Virus record (IMG/VR): IMGVR_UViG_3300024346_000010
From: a virus
Direction: 5' to 3' (one strand)
DNA length: 64,000 bases
A program made the translations under genes and the position numbers. Under the pieces are notes generated by a model. It was not told the origin of the DNA. It did no database searches and was given only the letters and a program-made list of their open reading frames with translations. Shown here in pieces: positions 48,176 to 57,757 of the stretch (positions within the stretch are counted from its first letter, which is position 1; the number at the start of each line of letters is the position of its first letter).

Positions 48176-49909
48176 ATGGCAGTATCAGAATCTCCAGCGA
48201 TTACCGTTAAAGAGATCGATCTTACCGGCGTTGTCCCAAATGTCGGATCCACTACTGGTGCTTTTGTAGGTAATTTCAACTGGGGTCCAGTTGATAGTGT
48301 TACATTAGTATCGGATGAGGCAGGATTGGTATCGGTCTTCGGTAGTCCAGATAAAACAAATTCAATTGATTTTCACTCAGCAGCATACTTCTTACGTTAT
48401 GCAAGCTCTCTCTATATTGTACGAGAAGCAACACAAGGTTCAGGCGAAAGCTTAAATGGTGGTGATTCCGACGCAACATTCACAGCTAGAGTAAAAAATC
48501 AGGTTTCATTCGATTTCCAAGAAGATGCTTTGGATTCAGATGGACACACATTCATCGCTAAATATCCAGGAGCTCTTGGCAATTCATTAAAAGTTTCATT
48601 CTTAGGCGCAGTTGATAGCGCTGATGATGTTGCGTTTACTGGTTGGACGTACGAAGATAACTTTGACGCGGCTCCAACAACATCCGCGTATGCTGCAGCC
48701 AGAAATGCTTCTGGTGATGAAATGCACGTAGTAGTTATTGATCAAGACGGTGCTTTCACGGGCGCACGTGGAACTGTTCTAGAAACATTCCCATTCGTTT
48801 CTCTTGCGGCAGATGCAAAAGCTGCTGATGGAACTTCAAACTACATTAAAGACGTAATCAATTCAAGATCTAACTACGTGTGGTTAGCTGGTTTTGGTAC
48901 AGCAAGTAAGTTTGATGCCGATGCAGGTACAAATGCTACTTCGGGTAAAGACTATAAATTGGCTTCTCCGGCGGCTGTAGAAATTTCGTTTGTTAATGGC
49001 TCAAATTCTGCGGCACTAACAACATCAGAATATGCAACAGGCTTTGATAGATTTGAAGACGCTGATAATATTCAGGTAGATTTCTTAATTGCGCCTGGCA
49101 TGGTAAGCCGAACAGATCAAACGGCAGTAGTTAATGATCTTATTGCAATTGCTCAAGGCACTCGTAAAGACTGTGTTGTTGTTGCATCCCCTGCTCGTTC
49201 TGATGTTGTTACATCAAATGATGTTAATAACGATATTATCACAACAGCTAAAACGTTTACATACTCTTCTTACTTATTCATGGATAACAACTATCTTAAA
49301 GTATATGATAAGTATAACGATCAATACATCAAAATTCCTGCTGCTTCTTCAACTGCCGGTATTATGGCGGCATCTGACAATGATCAAGCTGCGTGGTATT
49401 CACCAGCCGGTCAGAGACGTGGTGTTTATTTAGGTGTAACCGGTCTAGAGTACTCACCAAATAAATCCGAGCGCGATCTGTTATATCGTAATAGCATTAA
49501 CCCAATTGCTAACCTTCCTGGTCAAGGTATCCTACTTTACGGTGATAAAACACACATGGCTCGTCCAAGTGCATTTGATCGTATCAACGTACGTAGACTC
49601 TTCCTCGTCCTTGAAAGAGCAATTGCTCTTGCCGCACGTAACGTGATGTTCGAATTCAACGATGAGTTTACTCGCGCAGAATTCACGAACATTGTTGAGC
49701 CATTCCTTAGAGAAATCCAAGGTAGACGTGGTATCACTGACTTCCGTGTTGTATGTGACGAAACAAATAACACAGCAGCAGTCATTGATAGAAACGAATT
49801 CATCGCAAGCATCTTCATCAAACCAGCACGTTCAATTAACTTCGTAACGCTTAACTTCGTTGCAGTTAGAACCGGTGTTGAATTTGAAGAAGTTGTTGGC
49901 TCAGTATAA
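48176..49909 (+). CDS. gp18: tail sheath protein gp18
   Basis: SPAITVKEIDLT, FNWGP, WYSPAG, FDRINVRRLF, IKPARSINF. Confidence 0.97.
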   Translation: MAVSESPAITVKEIDLTGVVPNVGSTTGAFVGNFNWGPVDSVTLVSDEAGLVSVFGSPDKTNSIDFHSAAYFLRYASSLYIVREATQGSGESLNGGDSDATFTARVKNQVSFDFQEDALDSDGHTFIAKYPGALGNSLKVSFLGAVDSADDVAFTGWTYEDNFDAAPTTSAYAAARNASGDEMHVVVIDQDGAFTGARGTVLETFPFVSLAADAKAADGTSNYIKDVINSRSNYVWLAGFGTASKFDADAGTNATSGKDYKLASPAAVEISFVNGSNSAALTTSEYATGFDRFEDADNIQVDFLIAPGMVSRTDQTAVVNDLIAIAQGTRKDCVVVASPARSDVVTSNDVNNDIITTAKTFTYSSYLFMDNNYLKVYDKYNDQYIKIPAASSTAGIMAASDNDQAAWYSPAGQRRGVYLGVTGLEYSPNKSERDLLYRNSINPIANLPGQGILLYGDKTHMARPSAFDRINVRRLFLVLERAIALAARNVMFEFNDEFTRAEFTNIVEPFLREIQGRRGITDFRVVCDETNNTAAVIDRNEFIASIFIKPARSINFVTLNFVAVRTGVEFEEVVGSV

Positions 49910-49929
49910 TAGACGTTAGGAGAAAATAA

Positions 49930-50457
49930 ATGGCTATTCTTGGAGTAGACGATTTTAAAGCCAAATTAAAAGGTGGTGGCGCACGTCCTAACCTCTTTAA
50001 GGCGACAATCAACTTTCCGGCTTATGCAGGTGGAGATGTAGAACTTACATCTTTCATGTGTGAAGCTGCACAACTTCCTGGATCAATTATGGGTGTAGTT
50101 ACTATCCCATTCCGCGGAAGACAACTTAAAATTGCTGGCGATCGTACGTTTGATACGTGGACGCCAACAATCATTAACGATACTGATTTTGCAGTTCGTA
50201 ACGCGATGGAGCGTTGGATGAATGGTATTAATGCCCACAAGGCAAATACCGGTCTTACAGCTCCAGTAGATTACAATGCCGACCTATTGGTTGAGCAATT
50301 GGATAGAGACGAAAGTGTTCTGAAGACATACAACTTCCGTGGTTGCTTCCCAACAAACATCTCGCCAGTTGATTTGAGCTATGGCGCAAACGACGATATC
50401 GAAAGATTCCAAGTTGAGTTCCAAGTTCAGTATTGGGAATCAAACACGACTTCTTAA
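49930..50457 (+). CDS. gp19: tail tube protein gp19
   Basis: GGGARPNLF, PFRGRQLKIAGDRTF, NDTDF. Confidence 0.97.
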   Translation: MAILGVDDFKAKLKGGGARPNLFKATINFPAYAGGDVELTSFMCEAAQLPGSIMGVVTIPFRGRQLKIAGDRTFDTWTPTIINDTDFAVRNAMERWMNGINAHKANTGLTAPVDYNADLLVEQLDRDESVLKTYNFRGCFPTNISPVDLSYGANDDIERFQVEFQVQYWESNTTS

Positions 50458-50477
50458 TAAGATCATATATACTACTG

Positions 50478-50501
50478 GACCAGGCCTTAATTGGCCTGGT
50501 C
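50478..50501 (+). terminator. stem-loop/terminator after gp19
   Basis: GACCAGGCC-TTAATT-GGCCTGGTC. Confidence 0.6.
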
Positions 50502-50523
50502 TTAACTAATAATAGGATTTAAT

Positions 50524-52104
50524 ATGGCCGATAATTCGTTGAAACTTTTTGGGTTTGAGATTGCAAGATCTAAAACTAAAGAGAAAGAAGAAAAGAAACT
50601 GAAGTCTATTGTACCAACAGTAGATGAGGACGGAGCAGGATATGTTTCGGCCGCAGGTGCTCATTACGGTCAATATGTAGATTTAGATGGCGATAAGTCT
50701 AAAGACAACGCAACATTAATTCACAAATATCGTGGCGTGGCAATGCATCCTGAAGTTGATGCGGCTATCGAAGATATTGTGAATGAAGCGGTATCGGGTG
50801 GAGATGAGATTGCTGTTAGCCTTAATATGGATAACATTGAGGTCTCAAAGGGAATTAAAAGTAAAGTAATTGAAGAATTCGACCATATTTTGTATATGCT
50901 CAAATTTAATGATTTGGGTCATGATATTTTTAGAAAATGGTATGTTGATGGAAGATTAAACTTTCACGCTGTAGTTGATGAGTCAAACTTAAAGGCCGGT
51001 ATTCAAGATATTAGACCTATTGATTCCGCTAAAATGCGTAAAGTAAAAGAAGTTAAAAAGACAAAAGATCCTATTACAGGCGCAAGCTTAGTTGAAGGTT
51101 CTACGGAATACTACATTTATCAAGAAAAACCTGGAGAACAGAATAGCGGAATCAAATTAACAAAAGATTCAGTTGTTTACGTCACATCGGGTTTGCTAGA
51201 TGCTACTCAAAAGAAAGTAGTATCTTATATACATAAAGCTCTTAAACCAATTAATCAATTGCGGATGATGGAAGATTCTCTTGTAATCTATCGTCTAGCA
51301 AGAGCACCAGAACGCAGAATTTTCTATATCGATGTAGGCAATATGCCTAAGGGCAAATCTGAAGAGTATATGAAAGGTATCATGGCAAGATACCGTAATA
51401 AACTTGTATATGATGCTTCAACTGGTGAAGTTAAAGATGATCGTAAGCATATGTCTATGCTTGAGGATTTTTGGCTACCTCGTAAAGAGGGTGGAAGAGG
51501 AACTGAGATTAGTACTCTTCCGGGAGGTGAAAACCTCGGTCAGATTGATGATATTATTTATTTCCAAAAACGTCTTTATAGATCACTTAACGTTCCGATT
51601 GCTAGATTAGAACAGGAACAACAGTTTTCATTAGGAAGATCTACTGAAATTTCTAGAGATGAACTTAAGTTCCAAAAGTTTATTGATAGATTGCGTAAAC
51701 GTTTCTCTATGTTATTTAGAGAACTTCTTAAGAAACAACTTCTTCTTAAAAATATCATTACCGAAGATGATTGGGAAACCTGGTCAAATGATATTATTTT
51801 TGAATTTGCTAGAGATAACCATTTCTCAGAATTAAAAGATGCAGAAATGTTAAGAGAAAAACTACAATCTCTAGATCAAGTACAAAATTATGTTGGCGAG
51901 TACTTTTCTAAAGAGTGGGTAATGAAAAACATTCTTAAATTTGATGATGATGAAATTTCACTTATGACAAAGCAAATCAACAAAGAGATGCCTGAAAATG
52001 ATGAAGTTGAGGCTCACAACACTGAAGTTAATGACCAAATTCAAGCCGATCGAGATGCCGCTGCGGCTGACCGTGAAGCTAAAGCTGCAAAGTCAGCTCA
52101 ATAA
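50524..52104 (+). CDS. gp20: portal protein gp20
   Basis: HPEVDAAIEDIVNE, WYVDGR, LVIYRLARAPERRIFYIDVGNMPK, EDFWLPRKEGGRGTEI. Confidence 0.98.
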   Translation: MADNSLKLFGFEIARSKTKEKEEKKLKSIVPTVDEDGAGYVSAAGAHYGQYVDLDGDKSKDNATLIHKYRGVAMHPEVDAAIEDIVNEAVSGGDEIAVSLNMDNIEVSKGIKSKVIEEFDHILYMLKFNDLGHDIFRKWYVDGRLNFHAVVDESNLKAGIQDIRPIDSAKMRKVKEVKKTKDPITGASLVEGSTEYYIYQEKPGEQNSGIKLTKDSVVYVTSGLLDATQKKVVSYIHKALKPINQLRMMEDSLVIYRLARAPERRIFYIDVGNMPKGKSEEYMKGIMARYRNKLVYDASTGEVKDDRKHMSMLEDFWLPRKEGGRGTEISTLPGGENLGQIDDIIYFQKRLYRSLNVPIARLEQEQQFSLGRSTEISRDELKFQKFIDRLRKRFSMLFRELLKKQLLLKNIITEDDWETWSNDIIFEFARDNHFSELKDAEMLREKLQSLDQVQNYVGEYFSKEWVMKNILKFDDDEISLMTKQINKEMPENDEVEAHNTEVNDQIQADRDAAAADREAKAAKSAQ

Positions 52105-52142
52105 TAATTTATATATAATCACAGCGAAATACAGGAGTTATT

Positions 52143-52406
52143 ATGTCTGAAGTAGAAGAAAGAAATCCATTAGAGAATATGATTGACTTTGCATCAAACG
52201 CAGAGTTTAATAAAGCTAATGACGTTTTTGATGATGTTCTGAGACAAAAAGTATCAGATGCACTTGAACAAGAAAAGGTTGCATTATCACAAGAAATGTG
52301 GGGCAATGCATCTGCTGAACAAGAAGCTATGGAAGTTGATTTAGATATTACCGATGAAGATCTAGATGCAGCTGCTGAAGAATATGTTGAAGAAGACGAA
52401 GATTAA
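52143..52406 (+). CDS. prohead core protein gp67-like
   Basis: Small acidic ORF between gp20 and gp21. Confidence 0.6.
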   Translation: MSEVEERNPLENMIDFASNAEFNKANDVFDDVLRQKVSDALEQEKVALSQEMWGNASAEQEAMEVDLDITDEDLDAAAEEYVEEDED

Positions 52407-52423
52407 GTTAAAAGTTTAAAACA

Positions 52424-52431
52424 TATAAATA
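52424..52431 (+). promoter_or_regulatory. T4 late promoter
   Basis: TATAAATA. Confidence 0.75.
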
Positions 52432-52455
52432 CATTAGAATATAAAAAGTGTATCC

Positions 52456-52671
52456 ATGAAAACATTTAGACAAATACGTGAAGCTAAAAATACTATGCCA
52501 CCTGGTGAGCACGTGTTTGACGCTAAAGTAAAAGGCTATAAGGTCATGGTGCATAAACAAAAGAATAAGTTTGTAGCTTATGTAGACAATGAGAAACTAG
52601 ACGAATATTCGTCACTCAATGACGCTAAAAGGGCTGCTAACGAGTTTATAAAAATGGCAGGGGCTAAGTAA
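52456..52671 (+). CDS. prohead core/internal protein (gp68 position)
   Basis: MKTFRQIRE resembles the T4 capsid-targeting sequence. Confidence 0.55.
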   Translation: MKTFRQIREAKNTMPPGEHVFDAKVKGYKVMVHKQKNKFVAYVDNEKLDEYSSLNDAKRAANEFIKMAGAK

Positions 52672-53327
52672 TGAAGCTTATTACAGAGTATACCGAGACA
52701 GACGTTCAATGTCTTGTTGAGAAAAAAGAAGACGGTTCGAAGAACTATGTCATTGAAGGTATCTTTGCCCAGGCTGAAGGTAAAAACAGAAATGGTCGCA
52801 TCTATCCAAAGAACGTTATGGAAGGTGCAGTAAACAAGTATTACACAGACCAAGTTAAAACTAAGCGCGCAGTTGGGGAACTAAATCATCCCGATGGTCC
52901 AACTGTAAACTTAGATAAAGTATCCCATCTTATCACAGACCTCAGAATTGAGGGAAATGATGTGATGGGTAAAGCACGTATTTTGGATACTCCAATGGGT
53001 CAAATTGTAAAAGGTTTGCTTGAGGGCGGTGTTCAACTAGGTGTTTCAACTCGTGGTATGGGAAGCCTTGAGAATAGAAACGGCGTTATGTATGTCAAAG
53101 AAGACTTTATGTTAAACACGATTGACATCGTCCAAGATCCATCTGCACCGAATGCTTTTGTTAATGGTATTATGGAAGGCGTAGACTGGGTATGGAATAA
53201 TGGCGTTATCGAATCTAGGGAAATTGAAAGAATAGAGACTGAAATTAAGAAAGCTCCGAGAACTGATCTTTATGAGACACAGGTTCGCGAGTTCAAGAAT
53301 TTCCTCTCGTTGATGAAAAACAAATAA
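52671..53327 (+). CDS. gp21: prohead protease gp21
   Basis: NRNGRIYP, GELNHP, GVSTRGMGSL, DIVQDPSAP. Confidence 0.97.
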   Translation: MKLITEYTETDVQCLVEKKEDGSKNYVIEGIFAQAEGKNRNGRIYPKNVMEGAVNKYYTDQVKTKRAVGELNHPDGPTVNLDKVSHLITDLRIEGNDVMGKARILDTPMGQIVKGLLEGGVQLGVSTRGMGSLENRNGVMYVKEDFMLNTIDIVQDPSAPNAFVNGIMEGVDWVWNNGVIESREIERIETEIKKAPRTDLYETQVREFKNFLSLMKNK

Positions 53328-53337
53328 GGAGTCAATT

Positions 53338-54276
53338 ATGACTGATCAAGTAAATCAGGATATTGAGCTCGATGATGACGAGAATGTTGTTGAGGCTCAC
53401 GATCCGAAAAATGCAGAAGATCAATCTGTTAAATCTGTAAAAGGCGCAGAAGCCGCAGGTAAAACAGCTCCAGCTCGCAAGGGTGACAAGAAAAACTCTG
53501 ATAAATCAGATCTAACAGCTACTGCTAAACCATCTGGTTTACAAGCTGAAGATTACGATTTCTCGGGCGATCTTGACGCACTTGTAAACGAAGAAGCTAC
53601 TCTTTCAGAGGGTTTCAGAAATAAAGCTGGTATAATCTTCGAAGCTGCACTTAAGTCTAAGTTAAGTGAAGAAGTTGAACGCATGGAAGCAAATTATGCT
53701 GAAGCGCTTCAAGAGGAAATCGAAACAACTAAAGCCGACCTAGTCGAAAAAGTTGATGGTTACCTAAACTACGTAGTTGAAAATTGGATGGAAGAAAACC
53801 GTCTTGCAATTCACAACGGTCTCCGTACTGAAATTGCAGAAGGTTTCATGGAAAAGCTTAAAGATCTCTTCACAGAATCTTATATTGAAGTTCCAGATTC
53901 CAAAGTCGACCTAGTTGACGATTTAGCTGAACAAGTTGCATCTCTTGAAGAGAAACTTGACGCAACTACAGCTAATGCAATCGAAATGGCAGAAGAGCTT
54001 AACTTGTATAAGCGCTACGACGTCATTCGTGAAGCCGCGCGCGGCCTCGCAGAAACAGAAATTGAAAAGCTAGCAAATCTAGCTGAAGATCTTGACTTTG
54101 AATCAGAAGAAGCTTTCGCTGCGAAAGTGAAAACTATCAAAGAATCATACTTCACTAAAAAATCATCTTCTGAATCTATCGCAGAATCATTTGAAGAAGA
54201 TACTGACGACGATACAGTCGAAGTTTCTGGCGCAATGGCTGCATATGTTAATGCAATTAAGAAAAACCAAAAATAA
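53338..54276 (+). CDS. gp22: prohead scaffold protein gp22
   Basis: LSEGF..KAGIIFEAA, KVDGYLNYVVENWMEEN, IKESYF. Confidence 0.95.
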   Translation: MTDQVNQDIELDDDENVVEAHDPKNAEDQSVKSVKGAEAAGKTAPARKGDKKNSDKSDLTATAKPSGLQAEDYDFSGDLDALVNEEATLSEGFRNKAGIIFEAALKSKLSEEVERMEANYAEALQEEIETTKADLVEKVDGYLNYVVENWMEENRLAIHNGLRTEIAEGFMEKLKDLFTESYIEVPDSKVDLVDDLAEQVASLEEKLDATTANAIEMAEELNLYKRYDVIREAARGLAETEIEKLANLAEDLDFESEEAFAAKVKTIKESYFTKKSSSESIAESFEEDTDDDTVEVSGAMAAYVNAIKKNQK

Positions 54277-54288
54277 GGAAATCCAATT

Positions 54289-55605
54289 ATGGAAACATAT
54301 GATCGTTTAACAGAGAAATGGGCTCCAGTTCTCAACGAAGGCGCAGACATCAAAGATGCTCACCGTCGTGCCGTAACGGCTGTTGTTCTTGAGAACCAAG
54401 AAAAAGAGTTTGCTTCACAAGCTGCTCAAAACAACATGCTCACAGAAGCTGCTCCAGGCAACAACACTGGTTCAGCGTCTAACTGGAACCCAGTTCTTAT
54501 CTCACTTGTTCGCCGCGCTATGCCGAACATGATGGCGTATGACGTTGCTGGTGTTCAGCCGATGACTGGCCCAACAGGCTTGATCTTCGCAATGAAATCA
54601 CGCTACGGTGCTGGTTCAACTGGTTCGACTGAAGCTCTCTTCAACGAAGCAAACACAGCATTCTCAGGTGACTCATCTGTAACACAAACTGGCGGTCCAT
54701 CAGGTCTTGCTGGTCTTACAGACGCTGGCGCAGATAGCTCGATCGACAACGACCGTACAGGTCCATCGGTTGCTTCTGGTATGCCAACTGCAGATGCTGA
54801 AGCACTTGGTTCAACAGGTGGTTCGTCTTTCAATGAAATGGGTTTCACCATCGAAAAAGCGACCGTGACTGCGAAATCACGCGCGTTGAAAGCTGAGTAC
54901 AGCCTTGAGCTTGCACAAGACCTTAAAGCGATTCACGGTCTTGACGCTGAAACAGAGCTTGCGAACATCCTTTCAACTGAGATCCTTGCGGAAATCAACC
55001 GTGAAGTTATTCGCACAATCAATAGCCAAGCTAAGACTGGTGCTTCTACTGCAAACACAGCAATCAACGGTATCTTTGACCTTTCAACAGATGCTGATGG
55101 TCGTTGGAGCGTAGAGAAGATCAAAGGTCTTATTCTTCAGCTCGAGCGTGAAGCGAACGTAATCGCAAAAGAAACACGTCGTGGTAAAGGTAACTTTGCT
55201 ATCGTGTCTTCAGACGTAGCTTCTGCACTTGCAGCTTCAGGTATGCTTGACTATGCTCCTGCAATGTCAACTGCTCTTAACGTAGACGACACAGGCAACA
55301 CATTCGCTGGTGTACTTAACGGTCGCATGAAGATCTACATCGACCCATATGCTGCTACAGACTACATCAACGTTGGTTATAAGGGCACAAACCCATATGA
55401 CGCCGGTGTGTTCTACTGCCCATATGTACCGCTTACAATGGTTCGCGCCGTTTCTGAGGACACGTTCCAGCCTAAAATTGGTTTCAAGACACGCTACGGC
55501 ATGGCTTCTAACCCATTCGTTGGTTCAACTCCTGCTGATGGTCTTGCAACTGCTAAGACTAACCAGTACTACAGAATCTTCCGCGTGGATAATATCCTGG
55601 CGTAA
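54289..55605 (+). CDS. gp23: major capsid protein gp23
   Basis: LISLVRRAMP, GVQPMTGPTGLIFAM, ELAQDLKAIHGLDAE, FQPKIGFKTRYG. Confidence 0.99.
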   Translation: METYDRLTEKWAPVLNEGADIKDAHRRAVTAVVLENQEKEFASQAAQNNMLTEAAPGNNTGSASNWNPVLISLVRRAMPNMMAYDVAGVQPMTGPTGLIFAMKSRYGAGSTGSTEALFNEANTAFSGDSSVTQTGGPSGLAGLTDAGADSSIDNDRTGPSVASGMPTADAEALGSTGGSSFNEMGFTIEKATVTAKSRALKAEYSLELAQDLKAIHGLDAETELANILSTEILAEINREVIRTINSQAKTGASTANTAINGIFDLSTDADGRWSVEKIKGLILQLEREANVIAKETRRGKGNFAIVSSDVASALAASGMLDYAPAMSTALNVDDTGNTFAGVLNGRMKIYIDPYAATDYINVGYKGTNPYDAGVFYCPYVPLTMVRAVSEDTFQPKIGFKTRYGMASNPFVGSTPADGLATAKTNQYYRIFRVDNILA

Positions 55606-55612
55606 GTCATAT

Positions 55613-55677
55613 AAAAAAGGGAGGGGAACCAACCCCTCCCAACTTAAGGAGCACTGGAGGACGGTGCTCCTTTTTTT
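55613..55677. terminator. back-to-back terminators
   Basis: A6-GGGAGGGG-AACCAA-CCCCTCCC (terminates minus-strand transcript) and AAGGAGCAC..GTGCTCC-T7 (terminates gp23). Confidence 0.85.
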
Positions 55678-55972
55678 ATGCGATCCTCCAAGGATCTAGA
55701 TCTTCAGTAACCAAACTTTCAGATCCATCGTATTCGTCAATGCGAAACTTAGTCCCTTCCGGCACCCAACGAATAACAACATCGTAAGCACCGTTGGCGT
55801 AACCCAAACCCAATTGCTCACAGAGATCTGCGGCTTTTTTATACTCTTCATCCAGAAACAGCTGGTTGAACCGAGCATCCATAGGATCAACATCATTCCA
55901 GGTTGACCAACCAGCGCCGAAGCCAGACGATACTGCCACTGCTACCATTTCATCACGAACAATCTTTTCCAT
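55676..55972 (-). CDS. conserved hypothetical phage protein
   Basis: VAVAVSSGFGAGWSTWN..WVPEGTKFRIDEYDGSE family signature. Confidence 0.75.
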   Translation of the reverse strand: MEKIVRDEMVAVAVSSGFGAGWSTWNDVDPMDARFNQLFLDEEYKKAADLCEQLGLGYANGAYDVVIRWVPEGTKFRIDEYDGSESLVTEDLDPWRIA

Positions 55973-55986
55973 TTTATATCTCCATT

Positions 55987-56196
55987 TCAATCAGTGTATT
56001 GACTAGGAACTGCACTTGCATCCCAAACATATTTGTTATAAGTTGGATCATCAACGACTACCACATCGTCAGGACCAACCTCAGTCCAAACCCGGTCGTC
56101 CATCCACCTGTGGTAGTATGCAGGACCACCCCAAACGCGTCGTGCACGTTCGTAAGTGGCCTGATCCATACCTACATAGTGGATAGTGCGATTCAT
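55987..56196 (-). CDS. hypothetical early protein
   Basis: IHYVG..ARRVWGGPAYYHRWMD; overlapping stop/start with neighbour. Confidence 0.65.
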   Translation of the reverse strand: MNRTIHYVGMDQATYERARRVWGGPAYYHRWMDDRVWTEVGPDDVVVVDDPTYNKYVWDASAVPSQYTD

Positions 56197-56435
56197 TAAA
56201 AATCTTCCCAGTTCATCTTCATGCCTACGTTCATTTCTGCGTTACGCTTAGCCGATTCGAAATCTACGAAAGGACCAGCAGAAGTGAAGTCATCCAAGAG
56301 GCGGCCTTCAGGTGTATAAACCATCCAGTGATTACGATCAAAATTGATGGTATCAACAAACCGTTCAATGCGCACCTCTTTGATCGAGTTGGTGGCGATT
56401 GCGATGATTTCGTTAATAGCGTTGAACTGCATCAT
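56196..56435 (-). CDS. hypothetical early protein
   Basis: RBS AAGGAG; operon packing. Confidence 0.65.
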   Translation of the reverse strand: MMQFNAINEIIAIATNSIKEVRIERFVDTINFDRNHWMVYTPEGRLLDDFTSAGPFVDFESAKRNAEMNVGMKMNWEDF

Positions 56436-56448
56436 AGCGTATATCTCC

Positions 56449-56643
56449 TTAGTTAGTTACTGGGAAGTTGTGAAAGTGGACGCCAGCTTGTAATGCTTCT
56501 TCTCCAATGAAGATTGGATAAAAACGGCCTTCTTCTGTTACAGACACCACATAGCGACATTCTTCGAATTTTTCAACTGCTTTTTTGAGGTTCTTGATGG
56601 TTGAGTATGATTTGATGTAGCGAGTATCGAATGTGATTTGCAT
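56449..56643 (-). CDS. hypothetical early protein
   Basis: RBS AAGGAGATACACA-ATG; start refined to 56643. Confidence 0.65.
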   Translation of the reverse strand: MQITFDTRYIKSYSTIKNLKKAVEKFEECRYVVSVTEEGRFYPIFIGEEALQAGVHFHNFPVTN

Positions 56644-56667
56644 TGTGTATCTCCTTTTGATGTATTC

Positions 56668-56696
56668 TTTATACGAATAAACCAAACCCATGTAAA
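56668..56696 (-). promoter_or_regulatory. early promoter of the minus-strand cassette
   Basis: TTTACA-N17-TATAAA. Confidence 0.6.
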
Positions 56697-56729
56697 CAGC
56701 TAATTTAGATTTTTTTCAGATTTTTTTCA

Positions 56730-56737
56730 TATAAATA
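56730..56737 (+). promoter_or_regulatory. T4 late promoter
   Basis: TATAAATA upstream of gp3. Confidence 0.8.
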
Positions 56738-56761
56738 CACGTAAGCAACAGAGGATTAGTT

Positions 56762-57274
56762 ATGGCTACCACAGAATCTACATTAGAATCCCAGAACTTC
56801 TTACAACCTAATGGGTTTAAACTTGTAATTTTAAGGAAGCGTTTCAAGAACTTAGAGTTCTTTGCGCAATCAGTCCAGCATCCAGATGTATCAGTAGCGC
56901 CTACGATTGTACAATTCCGTGGAACAAACTTACTAACTCCAGGAGACAAAATTGAATATGGTCAATTGACTGTAGATGCTATTGTAGATGAGAATATGAA
57001 TGTATACAAAGAAATGCTCAATTGGGTCAAATCTGGCGCTACTATGAAAAACAAGTTAGCAAGCGGAGTTAGAGACGCCGATGAAGATTTGCCGATGTAT
57101 GATATCACGCTATCAGTCTTGAGTAGCCATAATAATCAGATAGATAAGATTGTATATCAGGGAGCATTCCCGATCAACGTAGGAACTATCAACTTCCAAT
57201 CTACGGTTGATAATGTACAGTACATCACATTCCCAGTCACGTTTGCTTATACGACATTTACAATCACTGACTAA
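56762..57274 (+). CDS. gp3: tail completion/tube terminator gp3
   Basis: NFLQPNGFKL, EFFAQSV..P, PGDKIEY..L..VDENM..Y. Confidence 0.9.
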   Translation: MATTESTLESQNFLQPNGFKLVILRKRFKNLEFFAQSVQHPDVSVAPTIVQFRGTNLLTPGDKIEYGQLTVDAIVDENMNVYKEMLNWVKSGATMKNKLASGVRDADEDLPMYDITLSVLSSHNNQIDKIVYQGAFPINVGTINFQSTVDNVQYITFPVTFAYTTFTITD

Positions 57275-57285
57275 TTTGATATAAT
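57257..57285 (+). promoter_or_regulatory. early/middle-type promoter for uvsY
   Basis: TTTACA-N17-TATAAT with TGn extension, overlapping the gp3 3' end. Confidence 0.75.
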
Positions 57286-57310
57286 GCTATAAAAGCATTA
57301 GGAGTATACT

Positions 57311-57757
57311 ATGAAATACCTTGAACCAGTTATTACTATGTGGGAAAAAGACTGTATTATCAATAATGCGTCATTAGATGAGGCATCTAGGCAGACACCT
57401 ATGCTTCATGCAAAATACCTTCCCATGCACGCTGAAGCTAAAATGATGCTTCGTCGAGCACAAATGTCGCAAAAAACTCTATTGAAAGACAAGTGGCTTT
57501 ACTATAACGGTAAAATGACTAAAGAAGAAATTGAAGCTAAAGGCTGGGAATTTGATCCGTTTAAAGGACTTAAAGTTCTTAAAGGGGAAATGGATTACTA
57601 CTATGATGCTGATACTGATATTCAGAAATCAGAAGACGAAATTCAGCAATTAAAAGTGTTAGTAGAGACACTACAGGAAATTGTAGATAATATAAAATGG
57701 CGCCACCAAACCATAGGTAATATGATTAAGTGGCGCATGTTTGAAGCTGGGGGTTAA
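57311..57757 (+). CDS. uvsY: recombination mediator UvsY
   Basis: WEKDC, LHAKYL, KWLYYNGK, YYDADTDI, WRHQTIGNMIKW. Confidence 0.9.
   Translation: MKYLEPVITMWEKDCIINNASLDEASRQTPMLHAKYLPMHAEAKMMLRRAQMSQKTLLKDKWLYYNGKMTKEEIEAKGWEFDPFKGLKVLKGEMDYYYDADTDIQKSEDEIQQLKVLVETLQEIVDNIKWRHQTIGNMIKWRMFEAGG

Noticed and set aside
43674-55605. Introns, inteins or homing endonucleases in terminase, portal or capsid genes
   Set aside because: ORFs are continuous and of normal length, with no intein or endonuclease motifs
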